A program made the position numbers and the translations under genes. From the IMG/VR virus record IMGVR_UViG_3300005804_000095, positions 1 through 47,083 of that record: a stretch of 47,083 nucleotides of DNA; one strand, given 5' to 3'. Below, piece after piece: positions 36,412 through 47,083 of the stretch. The first letter of the stretch is position 1, and the number at the start of each line of letters is the position of its first letter. The DNA comes from a virus (taxonomy: Duplodnaviria > Caudoviricetes). The notes under the pieces were generated by a model. That model ran no database searches and had not been told where the DNA came from. It saw only the letters and a program-made list of their open reading frames with translations.

Positions 36412-36746
36412 GCGACACCATGATTAACATTGTACAGGGGGCAACGCTCAGGCTGCGGGTACGGATACGAAACAAAAGCACCGGCTCACCGATCGATCTG
36501 ACCGGCACCATCACCAGTGCCCAGATCCGGCGCACCTACTCAGCTGAGGAGGTATTGGCCACGTTCGGCGTCGAGCCTGATAACCTGGCCGCGGGAACAT
36601 TTTTCTTGACCCTTGACGGGTCAGAATCTGAAGCCATGCCTGCGGGTCGGCATGTGTTCGATGTGCGGATCGCCTTCGCCAACGGAACCGTTAAGAAGGC
36701 CCCGCGCGGACAGCTCAATGTTTTGCCCGGAGTGACCCGAGAATAA
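36408..36746 (+). CDS. BppU-N-like Ig-fold virion protein
   Basis: IVQGAT, PIDLTG....QIR, FDVRI, V.PGVTR. Confidence 0.65.
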   Translation: MSDTMINIVQGATLRLRVRIRNKSTGSPIDLTGTITSAQIRRTYSAEEVLATFGVEPDNLAAGTFFLTLDGSESEAMPAGRHVFDVRIAFANGTVKKAPRGQLNVLPGVTRE

Positions 36747-36770
36747 ACAACCAGTCAACAGGAGGTTTAA

Positions 36771-37667
36771 ATGGCCGCGGTAATACACAGGCAGGACGGC
36801 TGGACCACATCCGGCCCGCTGGCGACCCAGCTCATAAACGATCTGCGAAATAATGGGTTCACGGTGAAGTACGTGAACAGCGGCCTGGTATCGGACAACC
36901 CAATAACCGCTACCATCGCTACCCTGGAAGCCGGCTCGGATGTGGATCCGCTTGCCGCCAACCAACCCTGGAGGATACAGGTTGACGGCTCGGTTGCCTC
37001 GACCGTGACCCTGTATTTCGGTACCGCCTTGCAACTCCCCGACGGGGCCGCTAGGACCGGGTCGCCGATATCCGTGGTGGTTGCTGCCAGCACAATCCTT
37101 TCCGCATCTATGCCCTGCAATTACCAATTGGTCATCACACCGCGGGGCATATTCGTCCGCGTCTACACCCAGGGCAGAGGTTATGGCTATTACGGTCTTG
37201 CGTGCGTCCAGAGGCCGGTAGATCGGGCAACCGGGGCAGTGCTGACAGGCGGGTTTGCCCCGGTGTTCGCCCTCACGCTCGCAGCTGCCGCGAGTCCGGT
37301 AACCTTCCAACGAGGGGTTGTGCGCGAGTCTGATTCTCTTGTCCCCATCACTGGAGTCAGCATCATTACACCCAATGAATCCGGGGTTAACTTCTACATT
37401 TTGAACGGCGCACAGCCCCCGGCCCTCGACTCTAACGGCAATTACGTCATAACCCAGTTCACTGGTTTTGCAACCGCGCGGATGGTTTACCTGTACGACA
37501 TTGACCTGATGCTGATTGCCCCCTCAGTCGGGTTCTCCGATACGGCCCCTGTGGCCCTGCCCATGTACGGCGGTAACAGGACCTACACCGCAATCAGGGG
37601 AGCCGGCAGTACCGCGTCATCGTGTGCGTCGATACTGTTCCTGACCTCTGGGGGAGGATTGCCGTAA
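36771..37667 (+). CDS. Putative virion / tail-fibre-like protein
   Basis: AGGAGG RBS; QPWRI, VQRPVD..TG, VVRESD, NYVI...GF.T.R..Y motifs. Confidence 0.65.
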   Translation: MAAVIHRQDGWTTSGPLATQLINDLRNNGFTVKYVNSGLVSDNPITATIATLEAGSDVDPLAANQPWRIQVDGSVASTVTLYFGTALQLPDGAARTGSPISVVVAASTILSASMPCNYQLVITPRGIFVRVYTQGRGYGYYGLACVQRPVDRATGAVLTGGFAPVFALTLAAAASPVTFQRGVVRESDSLVPITGVSIITPNESGVNFYILNGAQPPALDSNGNYVITQFTGFATARMVYLYDIDLMLIAPSVGFSDTAPVALPMYGGNRTYTAIRGAGSTASSCASILFLTSGGGLP

Positions 37668-37918
37668 TGCCTTACACCCCTGGCGTCGACACCGTAATAC
37701 TCAGCGGCCCGCATGAGGTGCTGCTGGCGATGTCGGTCCGCACGCTGGCGCCTCTGCCGGCAATTATCTGGCGGCCGCCGCTCCTGATCCACAACATCAA
37801 AGAGGTTCTGCCTGGTGAGCCCGAGGTGTTTATTGTGGAGGGGGGGATTTGCGGGGAACTGGAGCAGTACGAGGGGGATGCTGTAGACGGGGAATGGGAA
37901 GTGAGCGTGGTTCTTTAG
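37667..37918 (+). CDS. Hypothetical protein
   Basis: TAATG coupling and GGAGG RBS. Confidence 0.55.
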   Translation: MPYTPGVDTVILSGPHEVLLAMSVRTLAPLPAIIWRPPLLIHNIKEVLPGEPEVFIVEGGICGELEQYEGDAVDGEWEVSVVL

Positions 37919-37934
37919 GGACGGGGAGACCTGA

Positions 37935-40900
37935 ATGACGGAAAACAAGGTCCAGATAGTCATTGAAGCGAAAGACGCAGCCTCCGTGGTGTTCAGGAGT
38001 ATGGAAAAAACCATTGAGGACATGGCTCGCCAGGGAGAAAACGTCTCCGATCGACTGGGACGTTCCTTCAAGGCGCTCAACCTGCGGTCCGCCCTCGACA
38101 TCGAGAAGGAGAAGGTCAAAGTCAAGACCGCCTTCGAGCAGATCAAGGCGTCCGGCGTGGCCTCCGCCAGCGAGATTCAGCGCGCGCACAAGGCTATGAA
38201 GAGCCAGCTTTCTGAGCTCAACAAGGAGATGTCGGGCGGCTCACTGAGTATGCTGTCCCTAAAGAATGCGACCGGGGCGCTGTCCGGCGCCCTTGCCACG
38301 GTAGGTATTGGCGCGGTGGCGAAGGATGCCATCAACGCCGCCTTGCAGATGCAAAAGCTGGAGACGACCTTCCGCTCGATTGCCGGGGCGAATGCCGGCC
38401 GTGAGCTGGCGTTCGTGCGCGAGGAGGCAAACCGCCTCGGGTTGGATATCGGAACGGCTGCCGGCGAATATGGAAAACTGGCGGCTGCTGCTAAGGGCAC
38501 CGCTCTGGAGGGCGACGAGACCCGCAGAATCTTCACGGCAGTCTCGGAGGCCGCGACGGCCCTCGGGCTGTCGAGCGAGGAGACCTCGGGCGCGCTCAAT
38601 GCCCTCCAGCAGATGATATCCAAGGGAAAAGTGTCCGCCGAGGAGCTGCGGCAACAACTGGGCGAGCGGCTTCCTGGAGCTTTTCAACTCGCGGCCCGGG
38701 CCATGGGGGTGTCAACCGCCGAGCTCGACAAGATGATGGAGCAGGGGCAGCTGACCGCCGATGATCTGCTCCCCAAGCTGGCTGCGGCCCTGCACGATAC
38801 CTACGGCGTCGCGGCGGTGGATGCGTCCGGAAAGGGCCAGGCGGCGATCAACCGTTTTAATAATGAGATGCTGGAGACAAAGGCCGCCGTCGGCGCATCT
38901 TTGATGCCGGCGTTTACCGATATTCTCAAAGGGATAAAGCCAATCTCGGAAGGGTTGATGTGGTTGTTGCAGGGATTCGCCTTTATCGGACCCGTCATAG
39001 GCATGACCATCGATAAATTGCGGGCACTGACAAGGGCGCCCATTGATGGGTTTGACGCTACGGTGAAGAAGATGGATGAAATCGAAAACAACTTCTATGC
39101 AACCGTTGCCGATATTCAGAAGAGGTACGGTGAACAGGCTGACAGTTCAAAGAAAACCTCAAAGGAGGTGGCCGACGAGGAGGAGCGCAACGCCGCACGT
39201 CGGGCCGAGGCCGCGAAGAAAGCAGGGCTGGACCAGGCGAAATCGGCAGAGTCATATGCCAAGGCCGTCGGTGACACCGATGAGCAACTGACTGCCAAGT
39301 ATGAAAAGGCCTACCAGGAACGAAAGACCAAGGTTGAAGCGTTTTATGACGCACAGATAAAGGCGGCCGGTAACAACAAGGCAGCCCTCCAGGACATGGA
39401 AATCGCCAAATTTAATGACCTGAACCGACTGGCCGAGCAGCACAAGGGCGACGCGGCGCTCAAAGAGATGGACAAGCAGGCCGCTGTCCTGGCTACAGCC
39501 CGCAAGGCCGGCGAAGAGCGCATTGCCCTTATCGAGTTGCAGATAGCCCAGGGTGCCCGGGCCGAGACCGCCGGAGCGTCCGAGATCGTGGATATTCGCC
39601 GCAAGCAGCAAGTTGAGGAATACCGGCTTGCTTTGGAGCGGTCCAAGCATATGGCAACCTTCTATGGGACCGAGTCCGAGGAATACAAAAAGGCCCAGGA
39701 AGACAAGTTAGAAGCCGCCAGGAAGATGACGCAGGCGGAAATAGAGCTTGCCCAGGCAGCTGAGAAAGCTCGCCAGGATGCCATCGAAAAATCATCCATC
39801 GACTATCAACTGGAGCTCGACAAGCGACTTGACTGGCTCAGGGATTCCGAGCGCGACGGCCTCATCACCACGCAACAGGCCTGCCGGGACAAATTGGAGG
39901 CGGAGGCGCTCTACCTCAGCCAGATTGCCGACCTGCGTGCCAGGGAGCTTGCCGCCACCGCGCCCGACACGGTGGAGTACAAGCGGGCACTGGTCGAAAA
40001 GTACGCCGCCGATCGCGAATACTACGAAAAGAAAAAGCAGCTCGACGACCAGGTAAACGCCCAGATACTCGCCCGCCACCAGAGCCAGGCTGCCGAGATA
40101 GAGGCCAACTCGGAGACGTCCATGGCCACATTCCGTTCCTTTGCCCAGTGGTTCTATGCCCAGTGGGATGCCATCACCGAGCGGGTAACGTCCCTGGGGC
40201 CGAAAATGGCCGCGGCGTTTGGTACCCCGCTGGAGATGAGCGAGGACAGCATCGAAGGCCTGCGCGTCAAAATGCAGGAGGTAGCCGAGGCCACCCGCAA
40301 GGCTTCCGAGATGGCCCGAGACTATTTCCAGTTCTCGCGTCTCCTGGGCGAGCATGCCAGGGATGCCGAGCAGCTCCGTTATGAATTCTACAGCCAGAAG
40401 CTGACCCTGGCCGATCTGACGGAGCAGCTCAAGAAGATGACCTTGGCCACCGACGACCAGCTCCGGCGCTCCTCCAAGCTCGTCGACTCTCTGAACCTCA
40501 TCGATGATTCGGACTTGTCGAATGTCCGATCGGAAATCGAACGACTCACCAACGCCATGAAGGAAGCCGAAGAGCAGGCGCGGGACGCGGTGGACAGCCT
40601 GCGCGACGAGCTGGATCAGATGCTCGGCAATAAGGAGGCCATCGAAAACCGGGACTACGAGGAGAAGCGGGCCGACCTGGAGCAGAAGCTGAAGGACGCC
40701 CAGGCAGTCGGCAACCTGGTCATTGCCCAGGAGTACCAGGAGGCCCTGCAGCTCCTCGAGGAGATCCACCAGCGCAAACTGGACGCCATACGCGAAGAGG
40801 CAGAAGCCGCCAGGCTCGCCGCCGAGAAACAGCATACCGAGGAGCTGCAGCGCATCGAGGAGGAGAAGAAGGCGAGGGACGCGGCGCTCAAGTCCGGGGC

Positions 40901-41303
40901 TGCCGGCAATCCCCCAGCACTGGGCTTCGCCTGGGGCGGACGCATCCCTGGCCCCGACAGCCCGGTTGACAATGTTTGGGTCAAAGCTCGCACCGGTGAG
41001 TGGTTTGTCCGCAACGAAGCGGCCCACTTCTGGGGCGACGCCTTCATGTCTGGCATCAACGACCCGAGGAGCGACATCGGCCGGCGGATCCAGGAGCGTA
41101 TGGCTGGAGTGGTCCAAACCGTCACAGCTCCAGTGCTGACGCCGAAGCTAGCGTTTGCCACAGGCGGTGCGGTGATGACTCAGGAACGGCCCGAGAAGGG
41201 CGGGCATACATTCATTATCAACACGACCGAGCAGGTTGATGAGAGGTTTATTCGGAGGAGGGTTATCCCGGCGCTTGAGAGGTATGAGAGGAGAAAAAAA
41301 TAG
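37935..41303 (+). CDS. Tail tape measure protein
   Basis: ALQQMISKGKVSAEELRQQLGERLPGA tape-measure domain, long coiled coil, FAWGG..GEW and FATGG C-terminal motifs. Confidence 0.92.
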   Translation: MTENKVQIVIEAKDAASVVFRSMEKTIEDMARQGENVSDRLGRSFKALNLRSALDIEKEKVKVKTAFEQIKASGVASASEIQRAHKAMKSQLSELNKEMSGGSLSMLSLKNATGALSGALATVGIGAVAKDAINAALQMQKLETTFRSIAGANAGRELAFVREEANRLGLDIGTAAGEYGKLAAAAKGTALEGDETRRIFTAVSEAATALGLSSEETSGALNALQQMISKGKVSAEELRQQLGERLPGAFQLAARAMGVSTAELDKMMEQGQLTADDLLPKLAAALHDTYGVAAVDASGKGQAAINRFNNEMLETKAAVGASLMPAFTDILKGIKPISEGLMWLLQGFAFIGPVIGMTIDKLRALTRAPIDGFDATVKKMDEIENNFYATVADIQKRYGEQADSSKKTSKEVADEEERNAARRAEAAKKAGLDQAKSAESYAKAVGDTDEQLTAKYEKAYQERKTKVEAFYDAQIKAAGNNKAALQDMEIAKFNDLNRLAEQHKGDAALKEMDKQAAVLATARKAGEERIALIELQIAQGARAETAGASEIVDIRRKQQVEEYRLALERSKHMATFYGTESEEYKKAQEDKLEAARKMTQAEIELAQAAEKARQDAIEKSSIDYQLELDKRLDWLRDSERDGLITTQQACRDKLEAEALYLSQIADLRARELAATAPDTVEYKRALVEKYAADREYYEKKKQLDDQVNAQILARHQSQAAEIEANSETSMATFRSFAQWFYAQWDAITERVTSLGPKMAAAFGTPLEMSEDSIEGLRVKMQEVAEATRKASEMARDYFQFSRLLGEHARDAEQLRYEFYSQKLTLADLTEQLKKMTLATDDQLRRSSKLVDSLNLIDDSDLSNVRSEIERLTNAMKEAEEQARDAVDSLRDELDQMLGNKEAIENRDYEEKRADLEQKLKDAQAVGNLVIAQEYQEALQLLEEIHQRKLDAIREEAEAARLAAEKQHTEELQRIEEEKKARDAALKSGAAGNPPALGFAWGGRIPGPDSPVDNVWVKARTGEWFVRNEAAHFWGDAFMSGINDPRSDIGRRIQERMAGVVQTVTAPVLTPKLAFATGGAVMTQERPEKGGHTFIINTTEQVDERFIRRRVIPALERYERRKK

Positions 41304-41316
41304 TCCAGCTACGAGG

Positions 41317-41342
41317 GGTGGACAAAGGTGGACAGGTGGACA
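41317..41342. repeat. GGTGGACA x3, putative integrase arm-type sites
   Basis: Copies at 41317, 41327 and 41335, about 50-75 bp inside the att junction. Confidence 0.55.
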
Positions 41343-41352
41343 GAAAATGGGC

Positions 41353-41387
41353 AAAAATAAAAGGGGTTACGTTGCCGTAACCCCTTG
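41353..41387 (-). terminator. Rho-independent terminator downstream of the tRNA (possibly bidirectional)
   Basis: Minus strand AAGGGGTTACG-GCAA-CGTAACCCCTT-TTATTTTT. Confidence 0.8.
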
Positions 41388-41393
41388 AATTTA

Positions 41394-41480
41394 TGGTGCC
41401 GAAGACTGGAATCGAACCAGCACGAGGAATCCCTCACAAGAACCTGAATCTTGCGCGTCTACCAATTCCGCCACTTCGGC
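41394..41480 (-). tRNA. tRNA-Leu(CAG), prophage integration target
   Basis: GCCGAAGTGGCGGAATTGGTAGACGCGCAAGATTCAGGTTCTTG...GGTTCGATTCCAGTCTTCGGCACCA, 87 nt, long variable arm, encoded CCA. Confidence 0.96.
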
Positions 41481-41666
41481 ATGTGGGAAGACTTTATATC
41501 ATCATCGCGCAGGGATTGCAAGTCAAAATCTGCAGGGGTAATAATCAAGGTGCCCGGTCTTGTTTTTTGTGGAGTTTCAAGACGGCGGTCTCGAAGTATT
41601 GTTAAATATTATTGATATTGCAATTGATTTTATCGGGACCGCTGGTTATCATAGGGGCCGTTCGGG

Positions 41667-42473
41667 TTGCCGGCCGTCTGGCCTGCATGGTGCGGGGAAT
41701 ATCTGTTTGAGCGGAGAAAGTTTCTGAAAGAGACGCGCGAAAAGGAAAGGCTGGACAAGCTCCTGGTGGAGCGGGGGCTGGCGGAGACGCGGGAGCGGGC
41801 CAGGGCGCTGATTCTGGCGGGCGAAGTGGTGGTCGCCGAGCATGCGGCCGACAAGGCCGGACAGTTGGTGGCCCGCGACGCCGATATCCGCCTCAAGGGC
41901 GTCGGCCTGCCGTACGTGAGCCGCGGCGGCCTCAAATTGGAGAAGGCACTGGACGGGTTTGCCATCGACGTGACCGGGCTGTGCGTCCTTGATGTGGGAG
42001 CCTCGACCGGCGGTTTTACCGATTGCCTGCTGCAGCGCGGGGCGCGCAGGGTGTTCGCCGTGGATGTGGGATACGGCCAGCTGGCATGGAAGCTGCGGCA
42101 GGACGAGCGCGTGGTTTGCATGGAGCGGACCAATATCCGTTACCTGGAGCCCTCACTGCTCCCGGAGGTTCCCGGCCTTGCTGTCATCGATGCCTCGTTC
42201 ATCTCCCTGGACAAGGTGCTGCCGAACACCCTCCGTCTCATCGAACGGGATGGGGAGATCGTGGCGCTCATCAAGCCCCAGTTCGAGGTCGGGCGCGGCG
42301 AGGTGGGAAAGGGGGGCGTGGTGCGCGACCCCCTGAAGCACCGTGAGGTGGTGGATGGAGTCCGCGCCCTGGCGGAAGGTCTCGGCCTTCAGGTGCTGGG
42401 GGTTGTCGAATCTCCCATCCTCGGTCCCAAGGGGAACCGGGAGTTCCTGATTCATCTGAAAAAGACCGGTTAA
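41667..42473 (+). CDS. tlyA: TlyA-family rRNA 2'-O-methyltransferase
   Basis: ERLDKLLVERGL, YVSRGGLKL, DVGASTGGFTD, LIKPQFE, GNREF; true start uncertain (possibly near 41724). Confidence 0.92.
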   Translation: MPAVWPAWCGEYLFERRKFLKETREKERLDKLLVERGLAETRERARALILAGEVVVAEHAADKAGQLVARDADIRLKGVGLPYVSRGGLKLEKALDGFAIDVTGLCVLDVGASTGGFTDCLLQRGARRVFAVDVGYGQLAWKLRQDERVVCMERTNIRYLEPSLLPEVPGLAVIDASFISLDKVLPNTLRLIERDGEIVALIKPQFEVGRGEVGKGGVVRDPLKHREVVDGVRALAEGLGLQVLGVVESPILGPKGNREFLIHLKKTG

Positions 42474-42490
42474 AGGAAAGGAGCACATAA

Positions 42491-42835
42491 ATGGGAGATT
42501 GCATTTTCTGCAGGATTATCGCCGGGGAGATCCCGGCAAAAAAGGTTTTTGAAGACGAACTGCTTGTGGTCATCGAGGATATCGCCCCGGTCGCTCCGCT
42601 CCATCTCCTGCTGATCCCGAAGAAACACACGGTCAACACCCTGGACCTGGACCCCACCGATGCGCATGTCGTGGGTCATGTCTTCCAGGTGGCCGCCAGG
42701 TTGGCAAAGGAAAAGGGCGTTTCCGAGGACGGGTTCCGTATCATCAACAACAACAATGCCGGCGCGGGGCAGTCGGTGTTCCATCTGCACTTCCACCTGC
42801 TGGGAGGGAGGCGTTTTCACTGGCCTCCCGGCTAG
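42491..42835 (+). CDS. hinT: HIT-family nucleotide-binding protein
   Basis: DCIFCRII.GEIP, GQSVFHLHFHLLGGR. Confidence 0.93.
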   Translation: MGDCIFCRIIAGEIPAKKVFEDELLVVIEDIAPVAPLHLLLIPKKHTVNTLDLDPTDAHVVGHVFQVAARLAKEKGVSEDGFRIINNNNAGAGQSVFHLHFHLLGGRRFHWPPG

Positions 42836-42912
42836 GGATGAGTCTTCGTCCCGGGACTGCCGATATGCGGTGACGGGGGGACTGTTCAACAACACACGGA
42901 GGAGGGAGTTTC

Positions 42913-43449
42913 ATGGTTAGAATCTGTTCGATTCTGGTTTTGCTGGTGTTCGCATGCGCGGAAAGCTCGATTGCCGAAACCTATAAATGGGTGGACGACA
43001 ATGGAACCATTAACTTTGCCGACGATCTGTCTCAGGTGCCGAAGAAATACCGCAAGAAGGTTCGGGCCCGGGGCGATATCGGACCTTCGGCCGCGGGTCC
43101 CGTCGAAAGCGCCGGAGAGGCCAGGACCGGCAAGGCAGGGGAAGCCGCTGCCGCTGCAGGGGGCGCCTCGGAGGAGAGCGGGAAGAAAAACATTCTCTAC
43201 GGCGGCAAGAGCGGTGATGCCTGGAGGGGGGAATTTTCCGCGCTGAAGGGGGACCTGGGCGCAACCGATTCCCAGATTGCCGAACTGAACGGACGGTTGT
43301 CCGACACCGGCACTATGTCGCGCACCGAATACCTGAGCATCCAGAACAGCATGAAAAATCTCAGGTACCACCGGGATGAGGTGAGCAGAAAGCTTGATGC
43401 CTTGAACGATGCCGCTTCCCGGGCTGGGGTCCCCGGTCAGTACCGCTGA
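42913..43449 (+). CDS. DUF4124-domain exported protein
   Basis: Signal peptide, TYKWVDDNGTINFAD...VP.KYR, C-terminal coiled coil. Confidence 0.85.
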   Translation: MVRICSILVLLVFACAESSIAETYKWVDDNGTINFADDLSQVPKKYRKKVRARGDIGPSAAGPVESAGEARTGKAGEAAAAAGGASEESGKKNILYGGKSGDAWRGEFSALKGDLGATDSQIAELNGRLSDTGTMSRTEYLSIQNSMKNLRYHRDEVSRKLDALNDAASRAGVPGQYR

Positions 43450-43482
43450 CCGGGAACGGCGGCCAAGAGGGGGGCGAAAATG

Positions 43483-43522
43483 CAAATAGCCGGAAGGTTG
43501 TCCTCCCGGCTATTTGTCTTTT
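43483..43522 (+). terminator. Rho-independent terminator
   Basis: CAAATAGCCGG...CCGGCTATTTG-TCTTTT. Confidence 0.7.
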
Positions 43523-44253
43523 GATTGGCGCTGCGGAATTATCCTGTCTTCTTATCCGTCGGTGTTCCTTGGTACGGTTCCGGAATCCACGCCCCTTTCC
43601 GGCCGCGGAAGTCGGGCCGCCGCCCTCGGTTCCCTTTTTCAAGCGGTGTTACGCGCCTTGCGGATGAGAAAAACGATTTCGTCGTGATTCTCCGTAACGC
43701 CAATCATAGTTGCTCCGAAATGCCGTAGGGGATCCGTTGATACCGACCTGTGTTTTAGCATTTGACGGGGAAAGGCTTCAGGTTTCCCTTCCGGAAGAGC
43801 GTACTCACTGCCTCTGAACCCGCCATTAAAAATGTGTTGTGGTAGTCAGTTTCCTCACCTGGCCGTACCTGCATCCCAGAGCAATTTTCAAAGAACTTCT
43901 TTTCTTGTAATTCCAGTATACGCCCACGCTTTTATGTGTCAAGTGGGGTAAAAACAAAAAAATGCATCAGCCGACCAGACGCTCTGACGGGCCGAGCAGC
44001 GGGGGTAAACCGGGCTCCCGCGGCATGTCGGAAACGACTCTCCGACCGTTCCATTCCCTTGACAGTCGCGCTCCAGTCGTGACATAATTTCGCACAATCC
44101 GACGGCTCCGCCGCGCACTTCCGCTACCGCGATTTTTCAGCGGCGGCGGGCAACCAGTCACCATTTCTCCGGCGTTTTCCGTTCGCTCAAGGATCACATC
44201 ATTTCAGGGAGCCGCCCCAGGGCGTTGCTCCCGTCATAGTTTCTACAGGTACC

Positions 44254-47083
<2,830 letters not shown>

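Larger units (their letters stand above)
1..41393. mobile_element. Lambda-like temperate prophage (siphovirus-type), left end outside window, right end at tRNA-Leu 3' end
   Basis: Contiguous immunity, replication, packaging, head, lysis and tail modules ending 90 bp before a tRNA 3' end; housekeeping genes resume beyond the tRNA. No integrase in the window. Confidence 0.93.

Noticed and set aside
30507-37918. Diversity-generating retroelement or invertible tail-fibre cassette
   Set aside because: No reverse transcriptase, invertase or TR/VR-like repeat pair seen in the window.
41393-41605. 70-aa ORF MVPKTGIEPAR...
   Set aside because: It is the reverse complement of the tRNA-Leu gene.

Overview
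Positions ~1-41393 are the larger part of a temperate, lambda-like (cos / gpA terminase / lambda-type portal / ClpP / gpD / gpE) prophage whose right end abuts the 3' end of a tRNA-Leu(CAG) gene (41394-41480, minus strand); the left end and the integrase must lie beyond the window. Host genes follow (tlyA, hinT, DUF4124, 5' part of dnaE); the host looks Geobacteraceae-like, which is only an inference from gene style. The most striking parts are: (1) an AT-rich cargo block directly downstream of the cI repressor, with an attI-like site, a two-gene cassette closed by an attC-like hairpin, an HExxH peptidase next to a TPR-GreAB-C-PIN protein, and a PD-(D/E)xK nuclease missed by the ORF track, i.e. 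a probable integron-like defence-cassette platform inside a prophage; (2) a major capsid protein with an apparent signal-peptide leader; (3) a full-length phage DnaN and a stand-alone IS1595-type Zn-ribbon/HTH right after cos; (4) a primase split inside its TOPRIM region, followed by a mirror-symmetric iteron array; (5) an OmpA/truncated-marR moron separating an Xis-like HTH gene from a 9-bp direct-repeat late promoter; (6) a rearranged tail module with the tape measure gene last, and a protein resembling phiKZ-type virion proteins. Many start codons were moved from the ORF track using RBS and gene-overlap evidence. All family assignments come from reading motifs by eye, not from database searches.
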